Positions 13,241-26,894 of a stretch of 64,000 nt of DNA are shown here, piece by piece. How positions within the stretch are numbered: the stretch's first letter is position 1; each line of letters opens with the position of its first letter. The DNA is taken from the NCBI RefSeq assembly GCF_006345805.1, contig NC_043004.1, positions 21,762,001-21,826,000 of the forward strand, given 5' to 3'. The translations under genes were made by a program, and so were the position numbers. The notes under the pieces are model-generated. The model saw only the letters and a program-made list of their open reading frames with translations. It had not been told where the DNA came from and ran no database searches. Origin of the DNA: Octopus sinensis (Eukaryota).

Positions 13241-14657
13241 TAATATCGGGGTATTCTATTATAAATTACTTTAAAATTTTTATTGTTTTTATTCATGATA
13301 CATGTTCACATAAATTCCCATTGCCATCTGACTTCGTAATGTCCTAAATGGTTTTGATCTGGAGGTCAATATAGAAACTACTACTACCACTACTACTACT
13401 ACTACTGATGATGATGATGCGGCTGCTGCTACTACTACTACTAGTGCAAGTGATGATGAGGTGGAGGAGGAGGATCGTTAAAGCATTGGGGAAAATTCTT
13501 TATGGATTCTTTTCGGCTCATTACGTTCTGAGTTTCAAAACCCGCCCATTCAAACATGGCGGTCGATATCATCGACAATTTCAGGAAATATGTCTATATT
13601 ATCAAGTATTATTATCATCATCATCCCTATCAATGTCTTCATTTTGCTGTGGTTTAATTCCATTTCACACTTGGGTGCCGATTGAAGTCAAGGCCATTTC
13701 TTTTGAATGAAGGCCATTTCTTTCAGATATAATGCATTTACAGCAAATTTGTATAATATGTTTTGAATAGTAAGTTATAAAATGAAAATGTGGGCGGAAG
13801 CCTCTATAGGGCCGTATCGCTATATAGAAGGGATCCACGGTGGCTCGCTTTATTATTTATTTTTGATAGAGGATTGTAGGGAGACATTAATTCATCTGTT
13901 CAACTACAACTTATCATTGTATTGAAGGATTTTTTAGTGTGCATGCGCTTAAGTTATTCCTATTGTGTGCGTGTGTATGTGAATCAGTATATATGTGTGT
14001 GTGACTGTGTGTGTATATTAAGAATAAGAAAATCTAGAATGGACGGACCGGAATATAGAGTTACAGTGACAAACTTAGGAAGTACGACTGAGAAGACAAA
14101 GCACTGACACACTGAATTGTGTCAAAGAGGAACATGATCAGGCGAAATATCATACACCTAAAGGAGATAAAAAGAACATTCATATTATTCGAGGTTATAT
14201 AAGAATTGTATTTCATTTTGAAGCATTAACAGCTAATATATTATAATAAAGAAAGCTACTTATTACATAGATATAATTATGAAACTTTTAACTTAACGAA
14301 AGCAATTATTAAACTCTAATGGGTCTAGAAAATTCTTATAATCTCCAACTTTAATGTAGTTTTTATCAAAATTGTTTTTTCCAGTCTCATTCTTTATTGA
14401 AGATTCGAGGACACACTTCAAACTCAAAACTAGTTTTTATTCATTGGCATAAGTCTCTGTCTGTAGCACTCTCTCTCGCATTCTACTGCTGTATTCAGTT
14501 GTTTTCAATAAAAAAAAAACATTTTCTTTTACGCAGTGTTTACTCTATTGTTTTCATTAAAAGTAGGTAGCCACAGAGATTTTCCATTTGCGCAACGTCG
14601 AGAATATATCAGAAAATCTTCAACATGTAGCAAGATTACTTTGCAGATACCGTCTCA

Positions 14658-14703
<46 letters not shown>

Positions 14704-15319
14704 ATATATGTATATGCATATATATGCATATTTCAGTAGTTTGCTATAAGCGAACACGAAACCCTCTGGAGATCAGTGTTTCTGGCACTTAGATAAATGT
14801 ACGAAGCTTACCGAAAAATAGATGGAAAATGTGATGCATCTATGATGTATTTATTATCTGTTCTGGTATTTAGCCACGAGCAGCCATCATCATGGAGGTG
14901 CATGAAAACGGGAGAGCACAATATACGTGTTCTGATAATCTACGTCTTACTTAAAACATACATAAAACCATATACAAAAATGTCTTCTGTTATTTCTTCC
15001 GGTTCTTTAGGATCTACCTCAAATGCTGTGGGGCCTCAATTTTCGAGCCTTTCGAGCCTTTCGAGTTTCGTAAAACTACATCTCGTCAAGTAGTGAATTC
15101 GCTGATGTAGATTTAAGAACTACACTCAAAACCGCTGCTCATCTGACTTATGTAGATGCAATTTTTAGTTTTTTAAATCTATTTTCCGCCTAATCACAGT
15201 CAAACATATAACTATATCGTTCACCCTCAAATAAGTATTTTTCGTAGCAATAGACTTTATGTCCATATACCCATATATATATAGGTGCTTAGCTAGTTAC
15301 GAGAAGATCTAGATAGCTG

Positions 15320-15530
15320 GCAGCACTCTCACGTTTTATCCACTACCACACAAGGGATATGACCTTTGGGGGAAGAGAAGTGTGCAATAGCAGTTTCTTG
15401 GTAGTAAATTTTCGGTTTAGTAGATTGAAGCAACTCGAAATGTCTTGTTCAATAACTCAACACGCTACCCGGTCTCAGAATCGAACCGAAAGCTTATTAT
15501 TATGAACCATTTGATCAGACGAGGACCAAA
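15320..15530 (-). mobile_element. Degenerate tRNA-headed SINE fragment
   Basis: Minus strand GGTTCGATTCTGAGACCGGG B-box-like motif followed by TTGAACAAGACATTT CORE-like block. Confidence 0.5.
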
Positions 15531-15603
15531 TCAAAATACTTTCACATTCCAGTATTTCAAGTAATTCCAATTTTCTAACCAATTTTCTCAGCACACAGAC
15601 GCG

Positions 15604-15664
<61 letters not shown>

Positions 15665-17229
15665 TATATATAAATATATATATACATACACACACATATA
15701 TACACATTTAATTTTTCACTTAAATATAATACACTTTATGTCCATATACCCATATAGGTTCTTGCCAAATTTTATAATGAAGAATGACGAGGACTCGAGT
15801 AAGTAGATTAGACAAAAAAGAATAGTTCTTAACACATATCAGGTTTCTATAGCTTTGGATCAAATATCAATCGTGTCAAAAAAACAGATAAAGAAATCAC
15901 ACATATAATGAAGCATGTACACAGACACGTCTCCCTCTTTCCCTGGTCTCTCTCTATGTATTGAGCCATACGTATACACACACAAAGTATATATAAACAC
16001 AGCATATACATATTTGTACTTGTTGAGGTTATCTTTACACATTTATTTTAGAAATTGTAGCCAACATTGATTTTTGGTATGACATTTCGTTTCCGAGACG
16101 CCAGATTTAAACTACAGCCAGATCGAAGGGAACAAAATGGTATTGAGCGCCATTAACGTTCCTACACATCAGTAATATAATTTGTACATATATATATAGT
16201 AGCAGAAATACTGCCCACCGGGCGGTTTTTTGATAGTCAATCCTGGAGTGTGTGCATGTGTTTATATTACAAAACCAATGTGTGTGTTTATATTAGAGAG
16301 ATAGTGTGAATGTGTGTGTATGAGAGAGAGAGGCTGGGTGGGAGAGGTCATTGCAAACAATGGATGACATAACATGAAGTGAAAATATCATATAAATAAA
16401 AGTTAGCTAAAAAGTATCTTGTAACGAATATTTAAATTTGTGAACTTTAAATATTCAATAATAAAAGGAAGTTCAGGAAATAAATTTTCCTGAAAACTTC
16501 AATTTATAAAAATTTTCTCTTTCTTAGTAAATATTTCTTTCAGTAATTTATACGTTTAGCGTGCTAGAAATAGCAGCGATCACATGGTTATTATTGTAAG
16601 CCTTATAACGCTCCAAACAGCCATGCCAACAAAATCACTTTTTAATTTAAAAAAAAAACATAATACAGGTGTATCAAAAATATTTAATTTTATCAAAGAT
16701 AAACCTCAAAGTTATACAGCTATTTTGTATATTAGCATTCATTCATTCAATAAATAATTTTTTTACACTATGTGTTTATAGAACAAACTGTGGGGTTTGC
16801 AAATAGCGAATTCAAACTTGAAATGAATATTTTTTGCCTTGGCCATTCTTACTGATAAATGTTGTCAACGAAATTATTTCCTTACGTTTCAGTTTCCTCA
16901 ATGAAATGGTTGCAAGACTTGCGTATAGGCACAGCAAACGTTAGAAAAGACACTACTAAAATATCAGATACTATTTTCGAAATTAGCAGAAAAATATACT
17001 TAGCACTGTTAATGCACTGCAGTCAATGCAATTAATGCAACCGAGTAATTTTACAAAACGTTCACAAATGTTAATTTGGAGTGCAATATATGATAGTGAA
17101 CTGTAACATAACGAGTTATCTATCGTACATACACAGCGTATTGTGACGATGTGTGTTTGCGCGTGCGCATGTATGTATTATCTTGTATTTCTCTCTATAT
17201 ATACCACAATATTATATAATGTGCCCATG

Positions 17230-17860
17230 TCTATGAACCTGACTAATTTTCTTTCTCAACTGGCCACTTCTACATGATAGCACCTGTTTCAATGTAGCAA
17301 GAGGCGGCCACTGTTGAAGATACGACCGGGTTCTCAAAACTATCCCAAACGGAGTCAACAAGGGGACCAGGACAGCAAAAATGTTAGCACTACAACCAGA
17401 AGTATAAACTTCGTTGAGGAGGGAGAGAGGTCAACTAAAGAATTTGATGAGCATTTGAAGGACTACTTTCTCCAAAACGAGAAATAGAAGCTAATCTAGA
17501 GAAACATCTAAATTTTATAATGCATGTTACCCAGACCTTGCTAAGATCAGACATCATATTGGTTTAAAGGGCAACAAAGCAGCTTGACCTTCTGAAGTTA
17601 ACTGTACCCTGGGAGGTAAGAATGTAGAGGGTGTCAAGAGAGGAAAAGGAACAAGTTTTACACTGGGAGGAGGACAGCAAAGTGTTTTCCTATGGAGGTT
17701 AGCAGTTGAGTGTTTACAAGTCAAGCTCTCAGTGAGGCCTATGGAAAACTAGGCATTTTAGGAGCTCACACATGAGGCATGAAGATAACCTATGGGCATT
17801 TAAGAAAGCATCTACCTGGATCTAGTTGAAAAGGCGTAGTCGGTATGATCAGTAGAATTC
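17230..17860 (+). mobile_element. HERO/NeSL-type non-LTR retrotransposon relic (restriction-like endonuclease)
   Basis: Translation gives TLLRSDIILV.RATKQLDLLKLTVPWE (cf. LRPDIVLW..LLELTVPWE), CFPMEV, and KASTWI.LKR. Confidence 0.7.
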
Positions 17861-18369
17861 TTGTTGCATTGAAGCAGGCTTGATCAGTCTTGGTTGGATA
17901 GCTTGAATAAGGATGCATGTTGTAAAACCCGATTCACACAGTTATTCCAGTATAAATCTATGCATTGCATCTATAGATGTATGTAAATTAAACACATAGA
18001 TATATAAGTACATACACTCAAACGTGTATACTTATTTGTATGTACGTGTGTATGTTTATTGATATGGTTAGCTATTACCATATTTCTTTGCCAAATATTG
18101 AACCGTAGCCACATAGATGTTTACATACACATAGAATAACTGATCACAGCACACATGGTATTGATTTATTTTCAATTACCCGCTCTTAATATTAAGCATA
18201 ATCAAATAAATCGGTGCGATTGATTCTTGAATAGTCATATTTATTGATAACCCAGTTGACTTTCACCGATGAATATAATTATTATATATCTCAATATTAA
18301 CAGATGCCTCATTATTGAAAACAAAATATCGATATTGATGTTAATTGCTTGCCTTTGAACTGACGGACA

Positions 18370-18425
18370 ATTCTTCTTCTTCTTCCTCTTCTTCTTCTTC
18401 ATCTTCTTCCTCATCATCTTCTTCT

Positions 18426-18457
<32 letters not shown>

Positions 18458-18628
18458 TTCTTTTTCTTCTTTCTCGTCTTTCTCATTTTCTTCTTCCTCG
18501 TCTTCATTTTCCTCTTCCTCTTTTCTTCATCATCTTTTTTTCCTTCTTTCTGTTCTTCATTTTCCTCTTCCTCTTTCCTCCTTCTTCTTCTTCTTCTTTT
18601 CATCATCATCTTCATCCTCATCATTATC
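18370..18628. repeat. Compound (TTC)n polypyrimidine tract
   Basis: Directly visible. Confidence 0.95.
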
Positions 18629-18654
18629 TTTATTTTGATTAGCATCTTTCAATT

Positions 18655-18745
18655 CTGTTTCCATTTCTTACCGAATGTCTTCCTGACACCCAGGGCAGAG
18701 AAACGTATTGTATACATTGGTAGGCCATTAAAACAAGCACGTGAA
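18655..18745 (-). mobile_element. R4/Dong 3-prime UTR fragment
   Basis: CCATTTCTT.CCGA.TGTCTTCC.GAC...AGGGCA.AGAAAC...TATACATTGGTAGGCCATTAAA matches 26914-26985. Confidence 0.7.
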
Positions 18746-18790
18746 TATCATTTACAGATATTCACGTGATAGAGAAAAAGGGGAAGACAG

Positions 18791-18821
<31 letters not shown>

Positions 18822-19039
18822 ATCGGTCACTCAAAGAATAATATCTCACGGCCTGGAACATCATTTATTTGTTAGGACTTCGGTAATTCTTATGACCCTA
18901 CTTCCAAGTTGCTTTCACCAGTCAGCTACTGTTGAATATTTTAGGCTCAACCGTCATTCTGAGTAAAACGGCGAAGAACTTCAATACACACGCACGCAAA
19001 CAGACACATACACACACATTTGTATAGGTATGAAGCTTT

Positions 19040-19180
19040 TATCTTTTCCTTCTTTTATCCATTGAATTGCGTCCATGCTGTAGCGCCCGTTTCATAGCAA
19101 GTCGAATTAACTGATTCCAGTACATATTCTTATTCTATCTGTTTCTTTTGCCAAAACACGAACTTCTAAGTTGCAAAGAC
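19040..19180 (-). mobile_element. SINE family A tail, degenerate
   Basis: CCATGCTG.AGC..GTCGAA..CAGTAC..TTATTCTAT..TTTTGCC matches the family A tail. Confidence 0.5.
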
Positions 19181-19183
19181 ATA

Positions 19184-19251
<68 letters not shown>

Positions 19252-19516
19252 GAGAGAGAGAGTGAGAGAGAGTAGGGGGGTATTCAGGTACATAACTGTA
19301 GTTGGGGTTGAGGCATATATTCAAATGGACCACAAAATACAGATTGTGAAATAAATTATGTTAAGTCTTATCACGACAGCTGGTTCAAGATGTCTTGACT
19401 ACAACTTATGTAATAAGCACATTCATAGATAATATGTACATGATGTCATAGGAGTGCGTGAAGAGACCAGCCCAGATGAAATTGTTAAAGCTAGTTAGGT
19501 ACACTTTTCAAGAGTA

Positions 19517-19569
<53 letters not shown>

Positions 19570-19728
19570 CACACGTATATATATGTATATGTACATGTAT
19601 ATATTGCTCTTGAACAATTTCATCTGGGTTTGTCTCTTGACGCATTCTTATCACATAATGTACATATTACTTATGAATATGCTTATCATGTAAGTTGTAG
19701 TCATCAATATATGCATACATACACACAG

Positions 19729-19771
<43 letters not shown>

Positions 19772-20049
19772 CACACATATACACGGTGGGCTTTCACAGA
19801 TTGAATTTTGCTATATTTTCCGCGCTGTGTTGCTGAATCCAAAACAAAGCAGTTCCAAAGATAGCTTCGTATCCACACAGCCATGCCCAATGTCTCTGTG
19901 TATGTTCGTGTGCATTTCCTCTGCATGTGTGGGCGTGGGTATGTATGTGCATGTGTGTGTACTCGATCGGATTTGTCTGGTGCTAAACAACACTCCCAAC
20001 AGCATATTTTGTATCTTGTGAATTTGCTTCCTATCCCTTTCTAACATTA

Positions 20050-20480
20050 ATTTAGCTATTGTAAAGGGTATCCTCATATCGCCTTTTGAAAACTGCGAAC
20101 AATGACTGATTCCTGCGATATATTTTGATTTTCAAATCACTGTCAATATCGTATCACAGCATTGAGTGGGGTCTCCTGCTGATGTCATAAACATTCAGTG
20201 TCATATCATTTCTGGTATTCGTTTTAATTCTGAACCATGGATTCAGTTAAATTAAATTCTCATACGCTTCAATTCCTACGCAAATGGACCTTTTGAGTGG
20301 TAAATTACTGATAGTTTCCAGCTTATGTTCAACATAAACGATTTCTTGAGATTGACCGACCAATATTTCGATACTTTGTTCACATAACAGATTAGGTGAT
20401 GACATTTTCAATGCATTGCTTCCAAAGGAAAAAATCCAACATTTGTAATTTAAGTTTAAATCCTCATATGTGTCCATAAT
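20050..20480 (-). mobile_element. Possible L1/Tx1 RT relic, highly decayed
   Basis: Weak motif traces NLLCEQSIEIL (cf. SLLCTDYKIL) and GDP..SML across frameshifts. Confidence 0.3.
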
Positions 20481-20739
20481 AGCTATTTCTTTTAACACTA
20501 TGTGCATCAGATTTTCTTTCCCATTTCAGTGAAAGAGATAAGTTACTGACTCATTTGTCATTACATATACAGCAGAGGATAATCTATAAAAGTTGTGCAT
20601 GTGATGACAAGAGGGATCGTAACCTCTCAGTTGCCGTTAGATATATTACATCGAATGATATTTCATCGACTTTCTTTGTTAAATGTAACTTCTAAGCTTT
20701 AGTTCTTCAAAAAAAGAAATGGTCTTATGTATGTATGTA

Positions 20740-20861
<122 letters not shown>

Positions 20862-20867
20862 CATTTT

Positions 20868-21980
20868 ATCCCATTAGTTCTGACCGATTTTACCTTTTTA
20901 AGATTTAATGAAATTTAATAGTATTTTACGATGTCTAATGGAAAAAAATGCATTTATGCATTTGTGTACATTTAAACTAATTAAATATTGTTTTACAGAA
21001 AAACAGAATTAAAATTTCTTTGATTAAAACCCTTTCTAACATGCAACCCTTGAAGATGAAGATCAAACAGGACGGCCAGTTGAGTTTGATGATAAGCTCT
21101 TTGAGGCATTACTTGAAGAAAATCCTGCATTATCAGTTGCAGAATTGGCAATAAAGCTTAGTTCAAACCATACAACTGTTCATCCTCATATTCAACAACT
21201 TGGATAAGTTCCTAAACTTGGGAAATGGGTGCCTCATGAATTGTCCGAAAGCAACCGAAAATCTCCAGTTGACATCTGCTCTTCTCTCCATTCTCGCGAA
21301 CTATTTCACCCTTTTTGGATAGACGTGTGACTGGTGACGAAAAATGGATCTTCTAACGAAATGTTAAACGTCGTAAACAGTGGCTTGGTAAAAGGAGAAA
21401 GGTTCAACCAGAACCGAGAAGGGAACTTCATGGGAAAAAGGTTCTTCTCTCTATCTGGTGAGATTGCAAAGGAGTAATTCACTTTAAATTGTTACCACCT
21501 AATGCAACAATCAATGCCCAAGTCTACTGTCAGCAATTAGAGCGTTTGAACCAAGATTTGAAGAAAAAAAAGAGTCGCTTTAGTGAATTGAAAAGGAGTG
21601 ATGTTTCATCAGGACAAAGTGCGACCCCACACTACAAAGATCACATCACAGAAGAACGAAGAGCTTGTTTGGGAAAAAGTTTCTCATCCACCTTATTCCC
21701 CCGCCCTCGCTCCTTCAGGCTACCATTTGTTTTGTACTTTACAGAATCATTTGGGGCACATAACTTTCATAAGCCACGAGGAGATTAAAACTGCCATTTC
21801 AGAGTTCTTCAGTTTGAAACCAAGAGTTTTACATTGATGGGATTAAAAAAGTTGTAAATAGATGGAAGGAAGTCATAGATAATTAGGGAAATTACATTGA
21901 TGATTAAAATTCATTTAAATATAACATTTGAACACTTGTTTTCTTTATTCCAAATTCGGACAGAACGTATGGGACGACCT

Positions 21981-21981
<1 letters not shown>
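20868..21981 (+). mobile_element. mariner transposon, decayed, first HTH deleted
   Basis: Motifs GKWVPHEL, VTGDEKWI, FHQDKVRPH and HPPYSPALAPSGYHLF. Imperfect TIRs TCCCATTAGTTCTGACCGA vs TCGGACAGAACGTATGGGA; both ends abut (TA)n. Confidence 0.92.
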
Positions 21982-22017
<36 letters not shown>

Positions 22018-23067
22018 ATGCGTGTGTGTGTATTGGGATATTGATTTGCACAGAAGATTTTCTTCGCAAATTTATCTTCACCTTTTATGGTCCAAAGTGC
22101 AAAGAGGTATTTCTGTCATCATTCAGACTACTAGATATCGTAGCAATGAAAGGATACGTTGGTTGATGGCGATTCTAGTAATATAATTAGTCTTTGTTTG
22201 TAAGGTATTGCCATATCTGGAAAATATCCAGTCACAACTCGATCAAGACTTTTACAAAGCTAAACTAAAGCAACGACAAACATTTAAGATTTTGTCACGA
22301 AGCGTCTTGTATTATTTCGAGAAATATTTATAAGACATTTAACTTCATTGTAAACGTTGCAGCAATCACATATGTATTCAAAAATATCAAACAAGTAAGC
22401 GAAAAGAAATTTCTAGTCAACTTCCCAAACGAACTATTGTACAACCAGACTGAATACAAATGACCTTAGTTGAATTTCAATTTAAAAGAAAATCCATACT
22501 AATCATATAATCGACAGACACGTAACGTTTCCACACAGAAGAGTAAAATGTATGCTAATGATTAAACCATGAAGTGTCAGAATAACATCATACCTAATTA
22601 TGATCCCCAACACTTTTCAAAATAGTATAAATAAATTATGCATAAACATACCGTCTAGAGTTCACAAGTAAGTCTTATAATTTGCACTGAACCTAGCCCG
22701 CTAAGCCACTCCATAAATTTAGCAGAAATCATCGTTTTATGCAAAAAGATGTAATAAGAGAGCAGAGAAAGTGGAAATCAAGTTTAGTTGCGTAAATTAT
22801 ATTTCGTATACCTTAGTATTCTGCATCTAAATTCAGCGAGTTGCTTTCCGATTTTGATTCTTTGCGATCGATATATTAATAGGACAAAATTGTTTCTGTC
22901 AAATACGTCTTTCTGTATAAAGTAGCAGCAGTATCAATAATAATAACAACGAGAACACACCTAATCTTGACAAAATGATCAATTCAGTTTTCGTATTTCT
23001 GTGGTACTATAGTTATACATACATGCACACACATACATACGTATATTTTATATATATATATATATAT

Positions 23068-23102
<35 letters not shown>

Positions 23103-23572
23103 TATGCAACCATACATAAGTACTCCTCTATTATTAAATACATACGTAAACATCAAGTCTAGTATTATTATTGAAACAGCCCTATACAACCTTCTACTCA
23201 GTACAGATGTAAGAGGGCGGATATCGTTGTTTAGAACTGACATGGAAATTGGATACCGTCGTCAAAGTCAGCTGGCTGTTGAAGAAAATATCTCTTCGAA
23301 AATCAAAAATGATAATTACGGACAAATGCTTCAGCGAGCAGCCTGTATACACATTTTATATCCATATTCATCCCGAAAATAACTGGCACCTTCTTTGAAA
23401 TTATTTATTGCCTAAGTGAAAATGTGGATGAACTTACGTTTCACAGAAATATAAAATCAACCTGTTACCATGCACATTGCAAGTGAAATCAGAAAGTGTA
23501 ACAGCGGAATAAGCAAAATTTTCCTCTAAAGTTCAAAATATGACATTGTCTTGGTTTTCTACAATGAAATGG

Positions 23573-23646
<74 letters not shown>

Positions 23647-23665
23647 GATGATGATAATGATAAGA

Positions 23666-23835
23666 ACATCGAAAAATTCATTAGGAATGACAACCCAGGT
23701 TCGAAGTTTCCCCAAGACACCTGATGAAGGCTGGAGGGTATATCAGCCGAAACGATGTGTTTAACAACAAACAAGATGAGGACAAATATCCGTCAAATGC
23801 AAATAATGTACATAATTCCTCATCTCTTAAATATA
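23666..23835 (+). mobile_element. Penelope-type short repeat (pLTR/retrozyme-like family H1) carrying a hammerhead motif
   Basis: Five copies in the window (also 37848, 38178, 42333, 42501); all contain CTGANGA-stem-GAAAC. Confidence 0.75.
23716..23761 (+). ncRNA. Minimal type I hammerhead ribozyme motif (U16.1 mutated to A)
   Basis: GACAC-CTGATGA-A-GGCTG-loop-CAGCC-GAAA-CG-AT-GTGTT; stems I and II pair. Confidence 0.65.
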
Positions 23836-24255
23836 TAAATTTAATGGTATAACTTTGAATTTTTAATAATAAAATTCTTTTTCCTTACAGGGAAAAATAG
23901 AAGAGATGATATTCTTATAAGCATATATAGAGAGATAATAGATATGTTGATAGGTATATCCTGAGATAAATGTTAAAACGAGAGGACCTTTCGGAAGCAA
24001 CTATAAGAATTAGAACAGAATGTTACATTGAAGCCCAATCCACCTAAAGATGCTAGGCAAAGCTTGAATTCCAGTCGATACAAATGATGTACAGATACAA
24101 ACACACACACACACACACATACACACATGCATAAGCACATATACCATATACTCATACACTATACACACAGACACACATATATACATACTTAAATATATAT
24201 ATGTGTGTGTGTTAGTGTGTGTGCGCGCGCGTTTATATAAATGCACATATATTCA

Positions 24256-24330
24256 ACATTGTCTTCGGCATTTTGTTGTGGTTATATTATATATAAAAAG
24301 ATAACCACAACAAAATGCCGAAGACAATGT
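24256..24330. repeat. Perfect 30-bp inverted repeat with 15-nt spacer
   Basis: ACATTGTCTTCGGCATTTTGTTGTGGTTAT (24256-24285) and its exact reverse complement (24301-24330). Confidence 0.95.
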
Positions 24331-24598
24331 CTACCTATCGTTTTCAAGCCCTATCTAGCTCTACCTCACGCACGTACGAACACACACACACATTTGCTGG
24401 CAACGATCATACAAGGAGTTTATAAAACTACGTTGTACGTTCGAGTTTCACGAGCAGCTTTCGAACTATTTTTACAAATTATTGTTTTTACCCAGTGTCT
24501 ATTGCTTTGTCTGTAGTCTTATAACGCCAACATATATGTGTGTGTGTGTATGCGTGTGCATCTATACACTCACACATACATGTAGAAGTGTATATATC

Positions 24599-24664
<66 letters not shown>

Positions 24665-24828
24665 AATTAAATTAGAGATAAAACCACTATTAAGCAACTC
24701 AAACAGTGATACACATAAACCAAAACGTAAAAATAAATATAATATAATTTTTTCTTTTGTGAAATTTGATTTAATCCTAAATCTAATTTTTCCCTTTAAG
24801 TTTGGATATACTCCCTAATATTATTATT

Positions 24829-24860
<32 letters not shown>

Positions 24861-24866
24861 TGTATG

Positions 24867-24925
<59 letters not shown>

Positions 24926-26157
24926 TATATATATTGCGGTGATTTGTATATGTTCAAAAGAAGAAAGACTTACAAAGGATTAAAGGAGTGTCGCGTATAG
25001 CTCACGTTTGATTTTCTTTTTCACTAAGTAAGAATATCACATACAAATATAATGCTATTAAACATAACTTTTCAACCAGGAATGCATTGAATTTTATTTA
25101 ATAAAACTTTTCAGGATGTCTAGGTTAGTTACCGCTTGCAAAATAGGTGATTATATCAGTTTGAAATCAATACAATGTTATCGATTTCTGACATGCAGCT
25201 GCTCACTAATTTATATTTTTCCTCCTATTTTTTATATTCAAATATTATTACTAAAATACGTTTCATAAAATAATATTATTGGAAATGGTTCTGTTACTGT
25301 ATCATTATATGACTGAACTATATATATATCCCAAGTAAATAATAGATACTCACACAGACAGACATAAATACATACGAACCTACAAAAGTAAAAGTATATA
25401 TTACACGTCTGAATATGTCTTGTTCTATGTGTTTGTATGTATGTGTGTGAGTGTGTGTGTGTGTTTGTGTGTATGGGGAATTAAGCTAATGGTGGAAGGA
25501 GGACTTTTGCTGGAAACTAGAATTAGAACACTACAAATTATTTATGATTTAGGTACAAGACCAACAATTTTGAGACTAGGGGATAAACCTGAACGGATAA
25601 AAAACTTTGTTGACTGTCGTAGGGATTTGGATGCAGAACCCAAATAATTAGAAATCGAAACAAAATTCACAATGCATTTTGTTTTACCGCTTGTGCCATT
25701 GAGACTAATATCAACTACAAATTATACAGAACGTACACACTAACGCTTATAGACGTAAGCACATACCACACACAGAAAGGTTTTACAGCAAATTCAGCAT
25801 TAAAATTTGGCAATTTATATCGCCCGCACGCGTATATAATACATGTATGACAAATAATGAATTTATTACATCTTCATAGTTTCTTTGAACTGTTTTGGTA
25901 CAACACTTTTTTCTAATGAATGTAAATGGGAACATTTAAGCCTTTACGCAATATTTGTTGTTGAAAATTTTGGAATGGCACTTCATGAGACTAGCTCAAC
26001 ATTTGCGCTCTTTCACTGTACGACGAACATGCATTGAATGCTGCTGATATACGGTAAAAAAAATGGAAGTATAATATAAGAATAAAAATATCTAAAGCAT
26101 GACAATGTTAATACCTATAAAAAGAAGTGGAGAAGAATATGAAGAAGGAGGAGGCGG

Positions 26158-26190
<33 letters not shown>

Positions 26191-26409
26191 GTAATGACCA
26201 TAATCTAATATAAGATATTTCAGTTGTGCAAGTGGTCTATATATAATACGTCGGTAGATTAGTACAAAATCACAACCATAAGTAGTGTCAGGCTACGATG
26301 ATAAAATATTGATAATATTAACGATAAATTATCATAATTATTATTACAACTTTTGTTGGTTCTATCATTGATTTTGTTGTTAATATTATCATCATCATCT
26401 AGGTGTTGA

Positions 26410-26810
26410 TTAGGCAGATCGTTAGCACGCTGGGTAATAAGCTTAGCGGCATTTCATCCGTTTTCAAGTTCTGAGTTCAAATTCCCCAGAGATCGACATT
26501 GCTTTCATCCCTTGGGGATCGATAAAATAATTATCCTTTGAGGACTGAGATTGATGTAACCGACTCGCGCTTACACCCAAAATTGCTGGCCTTCATCCAG
26601 AATGTAAAATGGTTAAGGAGGCGAGGTGGCAGATTCGTTAGCACGCTGGGCGAAATTCGTTAGCACGCCGAGTTCAAATTTCCCCGGGCCCACTTTGCCT
26701 TTAATCATTTCCAGGTCGGTAAATTAATTACCAGCAGGAACTGGGATCCATGTGATCAACTTTGCCCACCCCCAAAATTTCAGACCTTGAGCCTATAGTA
26801 GAAAAGATTG
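26410..26810 (+). mobile_element. Two tandem SINE family B copies
   Basis: GGCAGA.TCGTTAGCACGCTGGG heads at ~26412 and ~26627, each with GAGTTCAAATT and TTTCATCC..GGGTCGATAAA-like central block. Confidence 0.8.
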
Positions 26811-26812
26811 TT

Positions 26813-26846
<34 letters not shown>

Positions 26847-26894
26847 ATGTTGTTATTATTATTATTATCATTATTATTATTACTTTTTTTTTCT

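Noticed and set aside
15041-15066. TTTCGAGCC three-unit repeat
   Set aside because: Trivial short tandem repeat.
18241-18645. Lys/Arg-rich 134-aa ORF resembling a protamine
   Set aside because: It is simply the (GAA)n tract; no unique coding context.
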